26,260 bases of DNA, taken from Nitrososphaeraceae archaeon (GTDB lineage: Archaea > Thermoproteota > Nitrososphaeria > Nitrososphaerales > Nitrososphaeraceae). The position numbers were made by a program, and so were the translations under genes. Positions 9,987-17,206 of the stretch are shown in pieces. Every line of letters starts with the position of its first letter. The stretch's first letter is position 1. The stretch is from positions 1 through 26,260 of the forward strand of contig DATGZA010000035.1 of assembly GCA_035297365.1 (NCBI GenBank). The letters run 5' to 3'. The notes under the pieces are model-generated. The model saw only the letters and a list, made by a program, of their open reading frames with translations, searched no databases and was not told where the DNA came from.

Positions 9987-11060
9987 TTATGCTTCAACAA
10001 ATGGACAATTAACTATTACTCCCGCAATTTCAGTCTTTAGATGATCTTGTTTTGCATGTTCTGTTATTTCTTGAAATGAAGTAAGAAATTGTGATTGTAC
10101 AGGATCTTTCCATGTTACAGCTTGAATTCTCCATAATGGACTATAAGCTTCATCGCCGACATTCGTAGAAGCAATACTTGCCTGGAATCCCATAGGACCC
10201 GTTCCCTTTATTCCATTTGTAAATACATAGAGATCTGAAGAAGACCCTGATTTTAGAGTTGCACCAGTTTTATTGACAAATATAACTCCTAGATCATCTG
10301 CAACTTTCTTGACAGAAGCATCAGTTGCTATATAGTATATCTTGGAGCCATCAGGGGCAAATCCTCGGTGTGCTACAAAAGTAACCTGCATCTTCTTTGT
10401 ATCAATGCTAAGAACTTGTCCTCCACCATATGCCGATTCATCGGTTAATGTCTTATTTTCTCTAACTTTTAGAGAACCATCTTTCCATTGTACAAATGGG
10501 CAGTTTACAATTATGTCTGTTGGTTTAATTGTTAACTCCTTTTTCTCTAATGCATTGAGTATATCTGCTTCCGATGTCAATTCTCGTGGCGTTATACCAT
10601 TATTCCATGTTACAAGATTAACTTTCCATAATGGTGAATAATTATTATCCCCAGGTTGTGAGTCTGCAACATTTGGTTGAAATCCTTCCGGACCACTTCC
10701 TTTAATGCCATTAGTAAATTCATATATGTTTGCAAGTGATTGTGCGGGAGCATACTTTAATGCTGGAGTGTATACAACTCTAGAATTAGTTAGATTGGAA
10801 AGATAACTTGCCAGATTCTTATCTGATACTTCTGTTGTAATATAGAAAACTTCATTACCGTCTGCAAAACCTCTAACTAGAGGAAGTACCTTCGGAATAT
10901 TTGTTTCCGTAAGATTTTGTGTTTTTTCATTCTGTGCATAGGAATTTACTACTTGCGAAGACATAGAAGATAATAAAGACACTGAAAAAATCAATGTAAC
11001 TAATCCTGCTCCTAAAATCCATATTTCATATCTTTCACTTGATTTATATCTGATTGTCAT
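9987..11060 (-). CDS. Exported protein with two tandem ~130-aa repeats (DUF7482-like), one Cys per repeat
   Basis: N-terminal signal/TM segment. Each repeat has RGFA(P)DG, Y.FTNGIKG.GP.GFQ, GD..YSPLW and IVNCPFV. The DUF assignment is from memory. Confidence 0.85.
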   Translation of the reverse strand: MTIRYKSSERYEIWILGAGLVTLIFSVSLLSSMSSQVVNSYAQNEKTQNLTETNIPKVLPLVRGFADGNEVFYITTEVSDKNLASYLSNLTNSRVVYTPALKYAPAQSLANIYEFTNGIKGSGPEGFQPNVADSQPGDNNYSPLWKVNLVTWNNGITPRELTSEADILNALEKKELTIKPTDIIVNCPFVQWKDGSLKVRENKTLTDESAYGGGQVLSIDTKKMQVTFVAHRGFAPDGSKIYYIATDASVKKVADDLGVIFVNKTGATLKSGSSSDLYVFTNGIKGTGPMGFQASIASTNVGDEAYSPLWRIQAVTWKDPVQSQFLTSFQEITEHAKQDHLKTEIAGVIVNCPFVEA

Positions 11061-11080
11061 TAAAGTTCATTTTGTAATTG

Positions 11081-11141
11081 GATTAAAAAACTATTTCTCC
11101 ATATTGAGTCCAATTTATGCCCAAATTAATTCCAGATTCTC
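11081..11141 (-). promoter_or_regulatory. Promoter of the repeat-protein gene: BRE/TATA plus four 11-bp-phased direct repeats
   Basis: The minus strand reads GAAATAG-TTTTTTAATC, 21-37 nt before the ATG. On the plus strand: tccatattgag (11098), tccaatttatg (11109), cccaaattaat (11120), tccagattctc (11131). Confidence 0.7.
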
Positions 11142-11303
11142 TAGTAAATATCTATAGCATCTTTATAAAATTTATAACCAATGACAATAGCTTTATCTTG
11201 AGAATACCGTTATGCTGAATTAATAAGCTTAAAAATAGAATATTTTAAAATAATAATTTGTAATTAAAAGAATCATATTATATTATTATTAAATGTATAA
11301 TAT

Positions 11304-12596
11304 ATGCATAAAGAATCAAATTCATATCTATCCATTAGAACAGCATTTAACAAATTAAGAAAAAATATTGTTGTTCACCCGGTATCTGAAGAAGTAAATA
11401 CTAGAGATTCATTAGGTCGTGTTTTATATAATGACATTATTTCATCGATTGATATTCCAATACATGATTCTTCACACATGGATGGTTTTGCTGTTCTCTA
11501 TGACGATATAATTGGTGCTTCACGTTCGAGTCCAGTGACACTAAAAGTAATAAATGATATCAAACTCGGAAATACTAAAATTGAACCTTTACATTCACGA
11601 CAAGCTTCTAGAATTCCAACAGGCGGATATCTACCTAGAAATTCTGATACAGTTATTCCTATTGAATATGTAAAATATAACGAAAACGATAAATCAGTAA
11701 AGATCTTTTCTGAATTTACCAAAGGATCATTTGTATCTCCTGCAGGAAAGGATATTTCTAAAAATAAATTATTATTTAAAAAAGGACATTTAATTCGAAC
11801 TCAAGATATATCTTTGTTGAACTTAGTTGGGATTAAAAAAGTAAATATATTTAAAAAACCGAAAGTTGCAATAATTGCTACGGGAAATGAGCTGACCAAT
11901 AATATTGAAGAGGTCACTCAAGGAAAGGTTCTCAATACTAATGGTCCAATTATTTGCACCCTGGTGGAAGCATCTGGAGGAATATCTGTTGATCTAGGAA
12001 TAACAACTGATAATATCAAAGATATCCAGAACAAGATAAAACTTGCATTAACTGAAAATGATATCATTCTTACAATAGGAGGGTCTTCTGTTGGACATAA
12101 GGACCTCCTTGCAGAATCTATCAATTCTATGGGACATCCTGGAATTTTAGCTGAGGGAATTAAATTGGATAGAGGAAGAGTAACCAAAATTGCTGTGTTA
12201 AAGCATAAGCCAATTATTATATTACCTGGACCTATCCAAGGAGCTGTTAATGCCTTCATTGTATTGGCTATGCCACTAATTAGATCATTTCTTGGATTAT
12301 CTCAAATTAACGAAGCTAAAATAAATGCTCATATTACTGACAATTGGAATGCAAGAAAGCAATTTCAAAATTTTGTAAAAATCTTATATGTTCATCTATC
12401 TGCATCAAACACAAACAATCGTATAAGGGCCCAACCAATAACTGGAGAAACCTCAAATATGACAGTTATGACTAGAGCAAATGGTTATGTGATAGTACCT
12501 GAAAAAATAACAAATATTGAAAAGGAGAATGAGGTTCAAGTAAATTTGCTTTCTGGATTTTCTTTTCCATCCAGCAACCCCATCGATTTGGTGTGA
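11304..12596 (+). CDS. moeA: Molybdopterin molybdotransferase MoeA
   Basis: SLGRVL..DI, S.MDGFAV, IPTGG.LP..SD.VIP.E, IATGNEL, GGSSVG.KD and ILPG. Confidence 0.93.
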   Translation: MHKESNSYLSIRTAFNKLRKNIVVHPVSEEVNTRDSLGRVLYNDIISSIDIPIHDSSHMDGFAVLYDDIIGASRSSPVTLKVINDIKLGNTKIEPLHSRQASRIPTGGYLPRNSDTVIPIEYVKYNENDKSVKIFSEFTKGSFVSPAGKDISKNKLLFKKGHLIRTQDISLLNLVGIKKVNIFKKPKVAIIATGNELTNNIEEVTQGKVLNTNGPIICTLVEASGGISVDLGITTDNIKDIQNKIKLALTENDIILTIGGSSVGHKDLLAESINSMGHPGILAEGIKLDRGRVTKIAVLKHKPIIILPGPIQGAVNAFIVLAMPLIRSFLGLSQINEAKINAHITDNWNARKQFQNFVKILYVHLSASNTNNRIRAQPITGETSNMTVMTRANGYVIVPEKITNIEKENEVQVNLLSGFSFPSSNPIDLV

Positions 12597-12599
12597 CTA

Positions 12600-13406
12600 T
12601 TACTTGAATAAATTTCTAGCAAGATTAATTGCTGCTAATGCAACTAAAATTCCTATTATCATTATTATTTTGTTATGATCAAATTTAAATGCCCCAAGTC
12701 TAGACCCAAGTATACCCCCGAATAGAACAATTACAGACAAGGGCATTACCAAGTCAAAATCAATATGTTGGATGTTGTTTATATAATGAGCAATAAACCC
12801 ACTTATAGAATTTGTTAGTATAAATAAGCTTGCTGAAGCGGCTGCCTCTTTGGGGTTGGCTAACCCCGACATTATCAATATTGGTGAAAGCCATATTCCT
12901 CCTCCTATCCCAACAAGACCAGAGATACCACCAAGAAGTGCACCTAAAGGACACGTTATAAGCGCATTCTTGGTTAAATTCAAATTCAATTTTCTCATCT
13001 TCTCATATTGAAGCGTTAACTTTCTTCCGGACAATAGTAATGCGGCTGAAGCAGAAAAAAGGGATATGACAAAAATGAAGGTTAATATTTTTTCGGGCAA
13101 AACTATAGAACCTCCTAAAAATGCAAAAGGTACTGAAATTAAAAGAGGAATCGATAATCTTAAGGACAGATGTCCTGCTTTTAGATAATTAAAAAGAGCA
13201 GATGAAGACACAATAATATTTAGTGCTAGGGAGATTGGAGGCACTGCATACAAATTGACTCCAACAAGAACGAGGATAGCAATATAACTACTTCCCCCAG
13301 CAAATCCTACAGAAGAATAAAAAAAACTTATTATAAAGAAGATAGGGGCAAGTACTAATATTAGAACATCATTAATGACCCTTCCCTCCCAACATATTAA
13401 ATACAT
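12600..13406 (-). CDS. TauE/SafE (TSUP) family sulfite/sulfur-compound transporter
   Basis: Duplicated motif SSVGFAGGSSY / GLVGIGGGIWLSP, A...SA.FI..NS and about 8 TM helices. The exact start is uncertain because ATG 13406 overlaps the end of moaCB. Confidence 0.88.
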   Translation of the reverse strand: MYLICWEGRVINDVLILVLAPIFFIISFFYSSVGFAGGSSYIAILVLVGVNLYAVPPISLALNIIVSSSALFNYLKAGHLSLRLSIPLLISVPFAFLGGSIVLPEKILTFIFVISLFSASAALLLSGRKLTLQYEKMRKLNLNLTKNALITCPLGALLGGISGLVGIGGGIWLSPILIMSGLANPKEAAASASLFILTNSISGFIAHYINNIQHIDFDLVMPLSVIVLFGGILGSRLGAFKFDHNKIIMIIGILVALAAINLARNLFK

Positions 13407-14319
13407 GAAATATGCTAGGGAAAAGAAGATCTAACGATTCAGATACCCCTTTAGTACTTCCAGGTAGATTTACAATGAGAGTTTTATCTCTAATACCAGA
13501 TATTCCCCTTGAAAGCATTGATAGCGGTGTTCTCCTTTGACCATATGATCTGATAGCTTCGGAAATTCCTATTGCCTCTCTATCAACAACCATTTTAGTA
13601 GCATCTGGAGTTACATCTCTTTTACTAAAACCAGTACCTCCGGTGGTTATTATTAGATCTACTTTTTTATCATCAGAATATTTGATAAGAAGTGTCTTAA
13701 TTTTGTCCATATCGTCAGGTAATATTTCATAACCAACAATCTCAGTAGTAGTAGCATAAGTATTTTTTAGTATATCAGAGATCAATTTACCTGATTTGTC
13801 AACTCTCGTTCCATTAAAAGTAGAATCACTTATAACAAAAATAGCAATATTAATTTTTTTATCAAGAGTTTGAATAAAATCTCTTTTCCCTCCAGTTTTT
13901 TCTAACAGCTTTATTGACTCTATTGATAAATCTTCATCTATTGGCTTGAGCATATCGTATACAGCAAGAGCAGCGGTACTACAACCAGTCAATGCTTCCA
14001 TTTCTACTCCTGTTTTCCAGACACTTTTAATATTAACTTTAATTTCTATAGATGATTGGTGTAACAGCAGTTGTGTAGAAATATGATCTATTGGAATGGG
14101 ATGACAGTAAGGTATCAATTCCCATGTTTTTTTTGCTCCAAGTGTAGCTGAAATTTTTGCGGCCTCAATGATATCTCCCTTTGGTGTCCTCTCATTTTTT
14201 ATAAGATCAATACTTTCGGGATTTACTTTGATTATTGCTTGTGCAGTAGCAGACCTCAATGTATCTGCTTTTTTGGAAACATCAAACATTCCTCTATAAG
14301 AATTTCTTTCATTCACCAC
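13372..14319 (-). CDS. moaCB: Bifunctional MoaC-MoaB/MogA fusion
   Basis: MoaC part: MFDVSKK, KGD, AKKT.ELIP.CHP, TGVEMEALT, YDMLK, LLEKTGG. MoaB part: ISD...G.R.DKSG, ITTGGTG...RD.TP, LSRG..G, VNLPGS. Confidence 0.95.
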   Translation of the reverse strand: MVNERNSYRGMFDVSKKADTLRSATAQAIIKVNPESIDLIKNERTPKGDIIEAAKISATLGAKKTWELIPYCHPIPIDHISTQLLLHQSSIEIKVNIKSVWKTGVEMEALTGCSTAALAVYDMLKPIDEDLSIESIKLLEKTGGKRDFIQTLDKKINIAIFVISDSTFNGTRVDKSGKLISDILKNTYATTTEIVGYEILPDDMDKIKTLLIKYSDDKKVDLIITTGGTGFSKRDVTPDATKMVVDREAIGISEAIRSYGQRRTPLSMLSRGISGIRDKTLIVNLPGSTKGVSESLDLLFPSIFHVFNMLGGKGH

Positions 14320-14743
14320 TTATCATAACACCTTCTACCCATTCAGAATTGCCAGATTGCATTTTTTCCTTCTTCCAAATTGGACATCTTTTCTTAATAT
14401 TATCAATTCCATAGTTACAGGCTTCAAAAGCATCTTTTCTATGTTCTGATGAGACTCCAACTATGACACTGATTTCTCCAACTTTAAGGTATCCTGTTCT
14501 ATGTATGGCAATAAATTTTTTAACACTCCAATTCTCAAAGATTTCCTTTTCAATTTTTTTTAATATTTCTCCAACCATTTCTTCATAAGCTTCATAAAAA
14601 ATACCCTTCACTTTTCCCTTAGGGCTATTATTCCTAACGGAACCTGTAAACAAAACTAATGCACCAGATGAATCGTCTTTAATTTGATCTAAAATTTTTA
14701 GTTGATCGATCACATCTTTTGTTATAGAAATCATAAATATCAT
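14309..14743 (-). CDS. moaE: Molybdopterin synthase catalytic subunit
   Basis: GALVLFTGSVRN, YEAY..M, HRTG.L.VGE.SV, S.HR..AF.AC and PIWKKE. Confidence 0.95.
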   Translation of the reverse strand: MIFMISITKDVIDQLKILDQIKDDSSGALVLFTGSVRNNSPKGKVKGIFYEAYEEMVGEILKKIEKEIFENWSVKKFIAIHRTGYLKVGEISVIVGVSSEHRKDAFEACNYGIDNIKKRCPIWKKEKMQSGNSEWVEGVMISGE

Positions 14744-14756
14744 CTCCTAACTATCT

Positions 14757-15047
14757 TTATCCGCCACTTATAGGTGGTATTACGGCAATTTCATCATGTG
14801 GAGTTACCTCTACATTATCATTCCGTATCACTTTATTAACGGCAAAAACAAAGTTTATCCCATTCATAAAGAGAGAAGGATATGATTCTTCAAGATTTTT
14901 TCGGAGTTCTTTCAATGAAATTGAATTATCATTAATACGAATAATCAGATTATTACTTCTCAATTTTTCTCTAAAAATTCCAAATAATTTTATCCTTAAA
15001 ATTCTATCTTCTGTCAAGTTTTTCATGTTCACTCTCTGGTCAATCAC
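14757..15047 (-). CDS. moaD: MoaD/ThiS (SAMP-like) sulfur carrier
   Basis: Beta-grasp pattern IKLFG.FRE, FAVN and the C-terminal DEIAVIPPISGG diglycine. An alternative start is ATG at 15026. Confidence 0.92.
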   Translation of the reverse strand: MIDQRVNMKNLTEDRILRIKLFGIFREKLRSNNLIIRINDNSISLKELRKNLEESYPSLFMNGINFVFAVNKVIRNDNVEVTPHDEIAVIPPISGG

Positions 15048-15106
15048 CTCTTGTCTGAATAAGATTCGAGGTTCGTCTGGGTTCTAAATACATACATATA
15101 TTTTAT

Positions 15107-15751
15107 TTACTTTAATTTTGTTAGTTTTTCCATAAAATAGTTACGCCAGCCATCTGGAAGATCTTTAACCTTTATAGCGCGATTCATCATATCGGTATCT
15201 CTACCACCATTTGTTTGAAGGCGAACTATATCTCGTATTGTAACTTTATTTTCATCACTTTTTATTAATTCAATTTTATCTTCTACTCCTATTTCTCCTT
15301 CTTCTTCCACCTTGAAATATATTCCTGAACGTTCACTTGCCATGAATCTACGTATTATATCCATTCTGCCAAATCTTACAGCAAGTTTATAGCATGGCAT
15401 TCTAGGTTGTGTAGCTATTACCTTTGCAGATCCGATTTGAAATTGATCACCTATATTGACTAGATCCTCAAGTAAACCTTCTGTTGTAAGATTTTCTCCA
15501 AATGTTCCCCAAGAATATTCAAAATCTTTTATCTCCTTTTTCCAGAACCTGTAATGTTCTGATGGGTACGAATACACTGCTTTGTCTATGCCACCATGTA
15601 CCGTCAAATCTGCTTGCTTGTCTCCTTCCAAATTTAGCTTGTAGAGTTTGATTCTATGTTTGATTGGATTTTTAAAAATAGCCGTAGTAACAATTTCTTT
15701 GCCAAAATTTACTTTTACTGGAAGTCCGACATTTACAGATATAATCTTCAT
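15107..15751 (-). CDS. yiiM: MOSC domain protein with 3-alpha domain (YiiM-like molybdoenzyme)
   Basis: TAIFK.P, GD.QAD..VHGG.DKAVY.Y, FGENLTTEG, the QPRMPCYKL Mo-ligand Cys motif and RSG.YFKV.EEG. Confidence 0.9.
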   Translation of the reverse strand: MKIISVNVGLPVKVNFGKEIVTTAIFKNPIKHRIKLYKLNLEGDKQADLTVHGGIDKAVYSYPSEHYRFWKKEIKDFEYSWGTFGENLTTEGLLEDLVNIGDQFQIGSAKVIATQPRMPCYKLAVRFGRMDIIRRFMASERSGIYFKVEEEGEIGVEDKIELIKSDENKVTIRDIVRLQTNGGRDTDMMNRAIKVKDLPDGWRNYFMEKLTKLK

Positions 15752-15838
15752 CTACTAATTGTTGAAGATAATAAATGATATAAGCATATTTGTAGTATCA
15801 GATCAAAAACACCGCAAAAATGAATTTTTAAAGCTGAT

Positions 15839-15866
15839 AATAAATAAATAAATAAATAAATAAATA
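15839..15866. repeat. (AATA)7 microsatellite in a divergent promoter region
   Basis: Seven perfect AATA units between the MOSC start (15751, minus strand) and the DUF1059-like start (15892, plus strand). Confidence 0.9.
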
Positions 15867-15891
15867 ATATTGTGCGATTCTTTTCTTCATA

Positions 15892-16107
15892 TTGAGAATT
15901 AGTTTAGTGTGTAAAGAAACTGGGTTGGATTGTACCTACGTCATTTATGGAGATACTATAGAAGAATTTATGACAAATGGGGCTGTACACATAGAAAGGG
16001 ACCATGGAATGCATCCGGATGATTTTTATTTTAAAGACATACCAGGTATTTTTCTATGTCAAGTTTTTGGAAAATTAAACAATATTAAAACTAACCCTGC
16101 CAAATGA
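15892..16107 (+). CDS. DUF1059-like small metal-binding protein
   Basis: L.C...G.DC..VI.G.T.EE.......H....HGM pattern (2 Cys plus 2 His). TTG start. Confidence 0.75.
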   Translation: MRISLVCKETGLDCTYVIYGDTIEEFMTNGAVHIERDHGMHPDDFYFKDIPGIFLCQVFGKLNNIKTNPAK

Positions 16108-16320
16108 CATGGCTCAAATTTTAGACAAAGGCGTAAATATGTTCTATTCTTATAGCATTTTGGTCTTCAACTTCACTTAATTTTTAATTTTACAAATTTT
16201 ACTAAACTCGAGATGTTGATCTGAGGGAGAATGAAAACAGACATAAAATAAGTTTTGAATATTGTATTGAATATCGTTTTGACATTCAGTGCTGTTGGAG
16301 AGATAAAAAAACAAGTGTTA

Positions 16321-16722
16321 CTATATATCCTTTTTTATTGGTTGAGCAAATGATAGTTCATGTCCATCAGGATCAATTATATGAAAATATCTCTCTCCCC
16401 AGTTAGAGTCTTTAGGTTTGTCTTCAATTTCAATAATTTTGGAGATCGTTGAATCATTTTTAAAAAAATCATAGAGTTTATCCACATCCTCAGAAAAAAT
16501 TATTATTCTTCCAAAATTTTTGCTCTTGAACTCGCTACAAAACTCCAAATTAATATGAGATCTTGAGCCGCTGTCTCTATCAGTCATTTCAAAAGAAGTA
16601 AATGTACTATTTGGAGTCCCTCCATAAGATAACTTTAGACCAGGAATTCTTGAATAGAAAACACATGCTCTATCCATATTTCTCACTTTTAGAGTAACAG
16701 CGGCAATTTTTTGAATTTTCAT
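16321..16722 (-). CDS. VOC/glyoxalase family protein
   Basis: VTLKVRNMDRA..FY...G, DVDKLY and P.D..WGERYFHIIDPDGHELSF. Confidence 0.9.
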   Translation of the reverse strand: MKIQKIAAVTLKVRNMDRACVFYSRIPGLKLSYGGTPNSTFTSFEMTDRDSGSRSHINLEFCSEFKSKNFGRIIIFSEDVDKLYDFFKNDSTISKIIEIEDKPKDSNWGERYFHIIDPDGHELSFAQPIKKDI

Positions 16723-16869
16723 AATTTTTTATGTTTGTCTTTCAATCTATTATATATTTAATTTATATAAAAAATCTATATTTTTTTTATGTAAAATTGT
16801 GTACATAATATTAAACATCATAAATCTTACTAACTATTAATATACATTAAAAATGTACTATGTAATAGT

Positions 16870-17088
16870 ATGGGAGTAATCTTATGGATAATTGCAATTG
16901 TATTATTTTTAGCTATTATAGGTTTGGGTTGGGAAACTTTTTTTACTGGAGTTCTCAAGGGTGCCGACAAGATAGGCATTACCCCAATAATTAAAAATAT
17001 TACAGATAGTACGAGAGGTACCATTAACGACATATTATCGGATTCTTCACAAGCCACCATTGAAAATACCTTGAATTTTAATAGCTAG
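16870..17088 (+). CDS. Small single-pass membrane protein
   Basis: ATG start, N-terminal hydrophobic helix followed by IIGLGWETFF.GV..GADK, and an AT-rich TATA-like segment about 25-30 nt upstream. Confidence 0.7.
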   Translation: MGVILWIIAIVLFLAIIGLGWETFFTGVLKGADKIGITPIIKNITDSTRGTINDILSDSSQATIENTLNFNS

Positions 17089-17206
17089 CGATACATCTAC
17101 CAGGTTATGGGACTGTAAAAAATCTTCTAGAGGTATTCATTATGAACAAATTATTAGTACGGTCTTTTAGTATCATTTATTTTTAAATAATAATTTCCCC
17201 TTCTGC

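Noticed and set aside
7667-12954. ORFs 7667-7867, 8825-9103, 10342-10641, 11498-11722, 11918-12259 and 12760-12954
   Set aside because: Antisense or alternative-frame shadows wholly inside well-supported genes.
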